32,000 bases of DNA from Mycolicibacterium smegmatis (GTDB lineage Bacteria > Actinomycetota > Actinomycetes > Mycobacteriales > Mycobacteriaceae): the NCBI RefSeq assembly GCF_001457595.1, contig NZ_LN831039.1:6750001-6782000 (forward strand). The letters are read 5' to 3'. The notes under the pieces are model-generated. The model saw only the letters and a program-made list of their open reading frames with translations, was not told where the DNA came from and searched no databases. Positions 25,403 to 32,000 of the stretch are shown piece after piece. Each line of letters begins with the position of its first letter. Positions within the stretch are counted from its first letter, which is position 1. The position numbers and the translations under genes are program-made.

Positions 25403-26716
25403 TCAGAACTCCCGCAGCGTCTCGCGCAGGGTGTTCTGGGTGTACTCGGTGCGCACCACGCCGCGCCGCTGCAGTTCCGGGATCAGGCCGTCGGTGACCT
25501 CGATGACGTGCCTGCGGCTCACGCCCTGGTTGTGCAGCGTGATCAGGAAGCCGTCGCCACCCACCTCGTCCATCAGCCACTCCATCTCGTCGGCGACCGA
25601 CGACGGGGTGCCGCACAGCGGGTACGACGAGCAGAAATCCGCCGAATCGTAGATCAACTCGCGCAGGGTCTTGCCGGATCCGGACTGCTGGAACTTGTCG
25701 AGTGAGCCCTGCTCACCGTTGGTGGTCAGGTGCGGCAGCGTCGAGTCGAGGTCGAACTGCGAGAAGTCGATGTCGGTGATCGAGGAGAGCAGCGACAGGG
25801 TCTGCTCGGCGAACGCCTGCGACGTGGTCAAGCGGTCGCGCCGTGCCACGGCCTCCTCGGTGGTCTCACCGAGCGTCGGGATCACCAGGTACATGACCTT
25901 GATCTCGTCGGGGTTGCGGCCCTGCGCCGCGGCCCTGCCGCGGATGTCCTCGCGGTAGGCCTTCATGCCGTCGACGCCGTCGGCCAGGGTGATGATCGCG
26001 TCGGAGTGCTTGGCCGCGAAGTCACGGCCTCGCGGTGACCCGCCCGCCTGCAGGAACGTCGGGCGTCCCTGTGGGGACGGCGCGGTGTTGAGCGGGCCCC
26101 GGCACTTGTAGTACTTGCCGTGGAAGTTGATCTCGTGCACCTTCGTGAAATCGGTGTGCACGCCGCGTTCGCGGTCGATGACGACGGCGTCGGGCTCCCA
26201 CGAATCCCACAGCTGGTACACGAGATCCATGTACTCGTCGGCCATCGCGTAGCGGTCTTCGCGCGGCGGCAACTCGTCGAGGCCGAAGTTCTGCGCGGCC
26301 GCGTTCTCGGCGCTGGTGACGATGTTCCAGCCGAACCGGCCGTGTGAGATGTGGTCGATGGTCGAGCACAGACGCGCCAGCAGGAACGGCGGATACCCCA
26401 GCGTCGACAACGTGGCGACGACACCGAGATGCTGCGTCGAGGCACTGATCAACGTCGCCAGCGGTGCCGGGTCGTGTTTGGGCACCATGCCGAATGCGTG
26501 TTTGAGCACAGTCTCTTTGGTGCCGCCGTAGGCCTCGGACACCGCGAGCTTGTCCTCCATCATGATGAAGTCGAAGCAGGCGCGTTCGAGGTTCTTGGCC
26601 ATCTCGACGTAGAACTGCCCGTCCCACGGCGCACCGCCGGCCTGTTCGAACGGCCCGGTCCACAGGTCCGAGGTGAAGTTCATGAACCAGCCGAGGTGAA
26701 ACTTCTTGTCTTTCAC
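25403..26716 (-). CDS. LLM-class flavin-dependent monooxygenase (NtaA/SnaA/DszA-like)
   Basis: WDGQFYVEMAKNLERACFDFIMMEDKL, GRFGWNIVTSAENAAAQNFGLDELPPREDRYAMADEYMDLVYQLWDSWEPDAV, PTFLQAGGSPRGRDFAAKHSDAI. Confidence 0.93.
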   Translation of the reverse strand: MKDKKFHLGWFMNFTSDLWTGPFEQAGGAPWDGQFYVEMAKNLERACFDFIMMEDKLAVSEAYGGTKETVLKHAFGMVPKHDPAPLATLISASTQHLGVVATLSTLGYPPFLLARLCSTIDHISHGRFGWNIVTSAENAAAQNFGLDELPPREDRYAMADEYMDLVYQLWDSWEPDAVVIDRERGVHTDFTKVHEINFHGKYYKCRGPLNTAPSPQGRPTFLQAGGSPRGRDFAAKHSDAIITLADGVDGMKAYREDIRGRAAAQGRNPDEIKVMYLVIPTLGETTEEAVARRDRLTTSQAFAEQTLSLLSSITDIDFSQFDLDSTLPHLTTNGEQGSLDKFQQSGSGKTLRELIYDSADFCSSYPLCGTPSSVADEMEWLMDEVGGDGFLITLHNQGVSRRHVIEVTDGLIPELQRRGVVRTEYTQNTLRETLREF

Positions 26717-26748
26717 TGCAGTATCACTACTTTCTTGTTATCCACTTG

Positions 26749-28185
26749 TCAGGCGTTCGCGGGCTCTGGGGTTTGCTGTGAGGTTTCCTTGAGCCCGAGG
26801 CGGGCCCGGATGACGAGGCCGATGACGAACAGTGCCGCAGTGACGATGAACGGCGCCCAGTCGACCCACGGGTCGCCCGTGCGGGGCCACAGGACGTTGA
26901 CGGTCTCCACGATCACCCACACCAGCGCGAGCCACCCCGCGACGTGTCCGGCACGGCCCAGGAAGGTCGGTTCGGTGGGGTCCCAGGTGCCCCGGAGCTT
27001 GCTGATCGCCAACCCCACGATGGGGAACCCGAACGACATGAAGAAGCCTGCGGTGACGAATGTGACCAGCAGCGTATAGATCTGCTCGCTCTGGAACGGC
27101 AGGTACAGCGCGATGCCGATGGCGCCGGTGACCACGGTGGCGGTGGTCGGGGTGTTGATGCGCGGGTGCAGCCGGCTCAGGTGCCGGCTGCCCGGCAGTT
27201 CACCGTTGCGTCCGTAGGACCACACGATGCGCGACACCGCCGAACTGATCGCGACCACCGTGGCGAAGTACGCGATGACGAACAGGATCATGACGGCCTT
27301 GAAAACCGGCGCCGGGAGGTACGCGGTGAGCGTCGCCGCGACGGGATCGGCGTCGTTGACGGCACTTTCGGGCATGGCCATCAGGAAAGCGAAGCACGTG
27401 AACAGCACGACGAGTCCGACACCGATGAGGGATCCGACGATCGCCTTGGGGATGTCGCGCTTGGGCTGACCGACCTCTTCGGCCAGCGTGCTGGCGCTCT
27501 CGAAGCCGAGGAACGACCATCCGGCGAACATCACCGCGAGCACGAAAGGCGTTGCCATGAAGGCGGTGTCGGGCGGCCAGCTCACGGCGCTGCCGAGCGA
27601 GGAGACGCTGTTGACCTTGTGGAAGCACAGCAGCCAGATGGCGATGCCCACCGATCCGGTGACCTCGGCGACCAGGCACAGAAAGCCCACGATGCGCACG
27701 GCCACCCGGCCCAGCACGTTGATCAGCACCGCACCGGCGAGGATGACCATCCCCACGAACGTCATGAGTTTCTGGTTTTCCGCGTCGAGATCGAACGCGG
27801 CGGCCGCGAACAGCGCGCCACCGTAGGAGACCGCCGTCAGGGTGACCAGCAGTGTCCACATGTAGGCCCATCCGGCGAACCACCCGTAGGCCGACCCGAG
27901 CAGACGCCGCGACCACTGGTAGACCCCGCCGGCCATGGGCCACCTCGAGGCCAGCACACCGAACGTCACACCGATGAGCACCTGCCCGATCAGCACGACC
28001 ACCAGGGCCCACCAGAATCCGGGTCCGGCCGCCGCCAGTCCGAGCCCGAAGACCATGTACATGGCCACGATCGGCGAGACGAAGACGAACCCCAGCATGG
28101 CTGCCGACCACATGCTGAACTCACGTCGCATCGGTCCGGCGGCGGTGGGCGTATCCGCAGTGGTGCGGGTCGCGATGTCGTCCAC
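26749..28185 (-). CDS. APC-family amino acid/amine permease
   Basis: 478 aa polytopic; GVTFGVLASRWPMAGGVYQWSRRLLG, FAGWSFLGFESASTLAEEVGQPKRDIPKAI. Confidence 0.9.
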   Translation of the reverse strand: MDDIATRTTADTPTAAGPMRREFSMWSAAMLGFVFVSPIVAMYMVFGLGLAAAGPGFWWALVVVLIGQVLIGVTFGVLASRWPMAGGVYQWSRRLLGSAYGWFAGWAYMWTLLVTLTAVSYGGALFAAAAFDLDAENQKLMTFVGMVILAGAVLINVLGRVAVRIVGFLCLVAEVTGSVGIAIWLLCFHKVNSVSSLGSAVSWPPDTAFMATPFVLAVMFAGWSFLGFESASTLAEEVGQPKRDIPKAIVGSLIGVGLVVLFTCFAFLMAMPESAVNDADPVAATLTAYLPAPVFKAVMILFVIAYFATVVAISSAVSRIVWSYGRNGELPGSRHLSRLHPRINTPTTATVVTGAIGIALYLPFQSEQIYTLLVTFVTAGFFMSFGFPIVGLAISKLRGTWDPTEPTFLGRAGHVAGWLALVWVIVETVNVLWPRTGDPWVDWAPFIVTAALFVIGLVIRARLGLKETSQQTPEPANA

Positions 28186-28216
28186 AGGCGCTCCTTCGGC
28201 GAGGCTCCTGCACGCG

Positions 28217-28230
28217 CAGGAACGTTTCTG
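28217..28230. promoter_or_regulatory. LacI-type operator-like site A
   Basis: CAGGAACGTTTCTG; centre-CG palindrome CAGnAACGTTnCTG, 32 bp upstream of the permease start. Confidence 0.7.
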
Positions 28231-28273
28231 TCGCTGAAAGGTAGGGATGGCGTGTGTCGTGAAATGGCCGCCA

Positions 28274-28287
28274 CAGTAACGTTCCTG
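28274..28287. promoter_or_regulatory. LacI-type operator-like site B
   Basis: CAGTAACGTTCCTG (reverse complement CAGGAACGTTACTG), 13/14 identical to site A; centre spacing 57 bp. Confidence 0.7.
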
Positions 28288-28313
28288 TTACCGCTCGCTA
28301 CAAGTGGATGACG

Positions 28314-29315
28314 CTAGCCGCGCGAGCTGGCGCGCACGACCAGATGAGCGGGCACCACCTCGTGGCGCGGCTCGGCGTTCTGTTCGATCTGGTCCACCAG
28401 CATCCGGACCGCTGCGCGTCCCATCTCCTCGGCGTGCAGTTCGACCACCGAGATGGGCACGGGCGCCAGGGCCACCGCGGCACCGTCACCGAGATTGACC
28501 AGCATGAGGTCCTCGGGAACGCGCAGCCCCAGGTCCGTCGCGGCCAGCTCCGCGGCGAGCGCGAGCTGGTCCAGCCCGACGAACAGCGCGTCGGGGCGGT
28601 CGGGGCCGTCGAGGATGTCGCGCACCGCGGCGCGGGCCGCCGCCGGGTTGAACGCACCGGCGATGCGCGCGCTGCGCGGCGCGTACCCGTGCCGCCGGCA
28701 CCTTGACACGAACTCACGCTCCACGGAGCCGATGTAGGACGCCGCGGAATCCGGCGCGATGAGCATGGGCCTGCGGGCTCCGCCGCGTTCGAGGTGGTCG
28801 AGTACGTCGCCGACCACCCCCGCCCAGTCGTTGTCGACCCAGCTCGCGGCATCCGACGCGGTGCGGCCCACGGTGCTCGCCGGCGTGCCGCGCTGCCGGG
28901 CCGACTCGACCAGCGGGTCGCCTTCGGCCGGATCGACGGCGATGAGCCCGTCGTGCGCGACGTCGAGCTGCATGGCGGCAGGCGCGACCGCGAGGAAGAA
29001 ACCCCGCTGGTTGGCCTCGATCGCCGCGCCCGCCATCACGCGCATGAAATAGTCGACGTGCCACAGGGACTCGGCGTCCACATCGCTCGGCAGCATCGCG
29101 ATCACGAGGATGCCGGTACGGCCGTTGCGCAGGGAGCGCGCCGCGACGCTCGGGCGGTACCCCAGTTCGAGGGCGATCTTGCGGACGCGCTGGCGGGTCT
29201 TCTCGGGCAGCGACCCACTGCCGTTCAACGAATCCGACACGGTCGTCGTCGACACGTTCGCGGCCAGGGCCACATCACGCAACGTGACCCTGCCTCTGCC
29301 GCGTTCACCTGCCAT
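28314..29315 (-). CDS. LacI-family transcriptional regulator
   Basis: VTLRDVALAANVSTTTVSDSLNGSGSLPEKTRQRVRKIALELGYRPSVAARSLR HTH-hinge; periplasmic-binding-like domain. Confidence 0.95.
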   Translation of the reverse strand: MAGERGRGRVTLRDVALAANVSTTTVSDSLNGSGSLPEKTRQRVRKIALELGYRPSVAARSLRNGRTGILVIAMLPSDVDAESLWHVDYFMRVMAGAAIEANQRGFFLAVAPAAMQLDVAHDGLIAVDPAEGDPLVESARQRGTPASTVGRTASDAASWVDNDWAGVVGDVLDHLERGGARRPMLIAPDSAASYIGSVEREFVSRCRRHGYAPRSARIAGAFNPAAARAAVRDILDGPDRPDALFVGLDQLALAAELAATDLGLRVPEDLMLVNLGDGAAVALAPVPISVVELHAEEMGRAAVRMLVDQIEQNAEPRHEVVPAHLVVRASSRG

Positions 29316-29627
29316 GGGCGCTCAATCTAGGCCGTCGGTGACCGATCGTGCGCGACATCCGCGACTTCCCCGGCCGGCCCGGTCGACAGTTGCCTGATCA
29401 CGGGCGTGGTCCAGCGGATCAGATCCTCGCGCTACCGTAACGACCGCGGGGCGAACGCGCTGGTGGGTACCCGGCTACATCGGCTGGGCGGGCGATTCGA
29501 CCGATACGGTGTCGATGATTTCGGCGCTGCGCCAAGGCGGAACGCGTGTGCTTGCTCGCCAAGCGTGGCCACCGACGGCGGTTCTGGCCGACAATCGACA
29601 TATGCGAACCACGCCGGTGGGATGCCG

Positions 29628-30503
29628 ATGAGCTGTCCGTACTGTGGCTTCGAGGTCGCGGCCGACGGCACGTGCAGCCGGTGCGGACGCGCAGAGTCGT
29701 CGGTCTCGCTGTCCGGATGGCGCCCGGACCCCACCGCACGCTACGAGGGTCGCTATTACACGGCCGGGCGTCCGACCAACCGGGTGCGCAACGGCAAGCA
29801 CGAAGCCTCCGATCCGACCGGTGGTCAGATGCTGCCCGACTACATCGAACTGCCCGCCTCGCGGTCGAGCATCCGCACGACGTGGATCACCACCGGGGCC
29901 GTCACCGCGATCATCGTGATGGCGGCCGCCATGGCGTGGGGTCTGCTGGTGGCACACCGGCGTCCGCCGCCACCACCCGAGACGGGTTACCTCGCGGCGT
30001 TGCGTGACACCGGGCTGATGAACCAGTTCAACTCCGACGCCAACGCCATCGCGCACGGGCATCAGGTGTGCCGGCGTCTGGAGGACGGCGAACCGCAGCA
30101 GGGTCTGCCCGCCGACAAGATCGCCGTCGACACGTTCTGTCCGCATTTCGCCCAGGGCTTCCACGTGCTCGACACCGTCAAGGTGTCCGGGATCTTCGTG
30201 CTCACCGACAGTCTGGGTGCCGAAGGAATTGCCGTCGACGGATCCTCGTGCACGGGAAACAGCGGCTACTCCGACATCGGGCCCGACACCGACGTGACCG
30301 TGAAGAACGGCAAAGGCGAGATCCTGACCACCACGACGCTCGGCCGCGGGACCGGCGGCTCCGCGGAGTGCCGGTTCACCTTCGCGTTCCCCGTCACCGA
30401 AGGTGAGGACCTCTACATCGTCTCGGTCGGCAGACGAGGCGAATTCCGCTACAGCTTCGACCAACTCCGCAGCCGCGGCGTGCAGGTCCACCTGGGGACC
30501 TGA
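29628..30503 (+). CDS. Membrane-anchored protein: zinc ribbon, DUF2510-like segment, TM helix, DUF732-like extracellular domain
   Basis: MSCPYCGFEVAADGTCSRCG; GWRPDPTARYEGRYYTAGRPTNRVRNG; TM ITTGAVTAIIVMAAAMAWGLLVA; YLAALRDTGLMNQFNSDANAIAHGHQVCRRLEDGEPQQGLPADKIAVDTFCPHFAQGFHVL. Start may be 29622. Confidence 0.75.
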   Translation: MSCPYCGFEVAADGTCSRCGRAESSVSLSGWRPDPTARYEGRYYTAGRPTNRVRNGKHEASDPTGGQMLPDYIELPASRSSIRTTWITTGAVTAIIVMAAAMAWGLLVAHRRPPPPPETGYLAALRDTGLMNQFNSDANAIAHGHQVCRRLEDGEPQQGLPADKIAVDTFCPHFAQGFHVLDTVKVSGIFVLTDSLGAEGIAVDGSSCTGNSGYSDIGPDTDVTVKNGKGEILTTTTLGRGTGGSAECRFTFAFPVTEGEDLYIVSVGRRGEFRYSFDQLRSRGVQVHLGT

Positions 30504-30509
30504 GGCCGG

Positions 30510-31193
30510 TCACCGGTTGGTGTCCGTCTCCTCGGCCGCCAACTTCTCGACGACCTGAGACAGCGTCTGCCAGTTCTGTTCGGTGGCGGCGGCCGCGCCC
30601 TCGGCGTCGCGTTTGCGGCACAGGCTCACGATCCTGCGGTGCTGTTCGATGGATTCGCGACCGGAAAGCGCTGAGAAACGCAGATATTCGAGCCGCCGCA
30701 GCACCGGGGTGACCTGTTCGAGCACCTGCTCGATCACCTCGTTGCCACTGGCCTGCACCGCCACGCCGTGAAAATGGTCGTCGCTGCGCATCGCGGCCTC
30801 GGGATCGCCACGCGAAATGGCCTGAGCGAAAGCGTGGTTGGCCGCGGTCATCGCGTCGAAGTCACTCTTGTCCATGAGCGGCACCGCGGTGCGGACGGCC
30901 AGCGCGTGCATCGCGGCCGCGACGCTCTGCGCGTTGAGCACGGCCTGCGGTTCGATCGCGGCGACCACGGTCGAACGCCCCGGCGTGGTGTGCACCAGGC
31001 CTGCCGTCTCCAACCGCGCGAGCGCCTCGCGGATCGGGGTCCGGCTGATGCCCAGCCACTCCTCGAGTTCGGGATCGCGCAGTTTCTCGCCGGGCGCCAG
31101 GGTGCCGTTGACGATCGCGTCCCGGATGGAGACGTAGGCCTGATCGCGCAGCAGCGACCTACGGTGCTTACCGCGCTCTATGGGCACCGGCAT
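30510..31193 (-). CDS. GntR-family regulator (FCD/FadR-type C-terminal domain)
   Basis: LRDQAYVSIRDAIVNGTLAPGEKLRDPELEEWLGISRTPIREALARLETAGLVHTTPGRSTVV, C-terminal all-helical domain with HFHGVAVQASGNEVIEQVLEQ. Confidence 0.95.
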   Translation of the reverse strand: MPVPIERGKHRRSLLRDQAYVSIRDAIVNGTLAPGEKLRDPELEEWLGISRTPIREALARLETAGLVHTTPGRSTVVAAIEPQAVLNAQSVAAAMHALAVRTAVPLMDKSDFDAMTAANHAFAQAISRGDPEAAMRSDDHFHGVAVQASGNEVIEQVLEQVTPVLRRLEYLRFSALSGRESIEQHRRIVSLCRKRDAEGAAAATEQNWQTLSQVVEKLAAEETDTNR

Positions 31194-31352
31194 GCGACGT
31201 ATCGTATATCGCCATTTGCTGGGCGCCGCCTGTCGGTGGTCTGTGGCCTACTTGTTACGAGAGTTTGTCCCAACTGTCACAGGGGTAACTTTGATAACAG
31301 ACGCGAACAACGCGCCCACAGTCACGAAGAAAGAGTCGAATGGAACACGCTC

Positions 31353-31799
31353 ATGAACACCGTCCTGTACCTCAGCGCCTCCGGCGCGACCTATGAAACC
31401 GATGCATACACCCCGGCCGACATCACCCGCCTGGTCCGCGGCCACGGCCTGCAGAGCCTGACCAGCACCGACCGGCAGTTCGACTTCTGGTTCAGCCCGG
31501 CCCTGCTCCACTGCCAGCGCCGCACCAACCGCGTCGCCACCGAGTTGCTCCTGGCCACCACCGGTTTCACACCCAAAGACGTCCCGCTGCTGCGCGGCGC
31601 GGTGGTGATCGCCACCCACGACACCGACGGCGAACTCGACGGCCTGAGCTGGCAACAACTCGACACTCTCGTCGCCCGGCACCACGCACTGACAAAGCGT
31701 GACCGCAAGAGGCTTCGCCGCCGCATCGGACGTGACTGCCTCCCGGCAGCCGAGTCCCTGATCGGCCCGGCAGCGGGCCGTCCACACGCGCCGGCGTAG
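31353..31799 (+). CDS. Hypothetical protein
   Basis: MNTVLYLSASGATYETDAYTPADITRLVRGHGLQSLTSTDRQFDFWFSPALLHCQRRTNRVATELLLATTGFTPKDVPLLRGAVVIATHDTDGELDGLSWQQLDTL...; ATG start within the longer 30768 ORF; protein-like composition, downstream of a non-coding-looking gap. Confidence 0.6.
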   Translation: MNTVLYLSASGATYETDAYTPADITRLVRGHGLQSLTSTDRQFDFWFSPALLHCQRRTNRVATELLLATTGFTPKDVPLLRGAVVIATHDTDGELDGLSWQQLDTLVARHHALTKRDRKRLRRRIGRDCLPAAESLIGPAAGRPHAPA

Positions 31800-31924
31800 G
31801 TATCGCTCCATCGACCGTGCCGCCACGGCGAGATCCGAGCCGATCTTCCGCCGTAGCTGCACGGTCGCCGCATCGATGCCCTCTCGCAGCGTTCACACAG
31901 ACACGCTTGCCGTTGACAATGCCA

Positions 31925-31958
31925 CTGAGGAATGTGCAATATATTGCACATTCCTCAG
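31925..31958. promoter_or_regulatory. 34-bp perfect palindrome, probable operator overlapping a promoter
   Basis: CTGAGGAATGTGCAATATATTGCACATTCCTCAG; TTGACA -35-like hexamer at 31913-31918 just upstream. Confidence 0.7.
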
Positions 31959-32000
31959 CCTGACGGCGTCGGCCCGTCAGGGTGAATCCGCATCCAGTCA

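Noticed and set aside
26351-27079. 242-aa plus-strand ORF
   Set aside because: Spans the antisense of the LLM monooxygenase and permease and an intergenic gap; no domain recognised.
1-32000. Search for CRISPR arrays, tRNAs, phage or transposon genes, retrons and toxin-antitoxin pairs
   Set aside because: No spaced direct-repeat array, tRNA-like stem set, transposase/integrase or reverse transcriptase motif was seen by eye; formal tools (tRNAscan-SE, minced, ISEScan) would be needed to exclude them fully.

Overview
The window is high-GC actinobacterial DNA that looks mycobacterial (DUF732/DUF2510 architecture, an MSMEG_6728-like protein, MpaB/DUF2236 oxygenase). That taxonomic call is inference from family content. 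No tRNA, rRNA, CRISPR array or clear mobile element was found. Five blocks can be read. (A) 1-15.9 kb is a catabolic island: IclR regulator, divergent AroE-like dehydrogenase, four alpha/beta hydrolases, SDR, two MFS transporters, maleylacetate reductase, intradiol (hydroxyquinol-type) dioxygenase, NTF2/SnoaL-like protein, two tandem TIM-barrel isomerase/epimerase paralogues, Gfo/Idh/MocA oxidoreductase and an MpaB-family oxygenase. (B) 15.9-19.4 kb is a TPP-riboswitch-controlled ECF transporter operon (YkoE-YkoD-YkoC-like) translationally coupled to a small P-loop kinase. (C) 19.5-24.6 kb holds an APC permease, an MSMEG_6728-like protein, an aldo/keto reductase, an XRE regulator, a TetR regulator and a membrane protein. 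(D) 24.6-29.3 kb is a nitrilase-like hydrolase, LLM flavin monooxygenase, APC permease and LacI regulator module. (E) 29.6-32 kb holds a DUF732-like protein, a GntR/FCD regulator, a hypothetical ORF and a 34-bp perfect palindrome. The best finding is a palindromic operator-like motif, TGCCRCTSAGYGGCA. It is present as two copies identical over 18 bp in the two divergent promoter regions of block A, with two degenerate copies in other block A promoter gaps. This suggests one regulon feeding an uncharacterised cyclic substrate into hydroxyquinol and maleylacetate. Paired operator-like sites next to the TetR and LacI genes are also notable.
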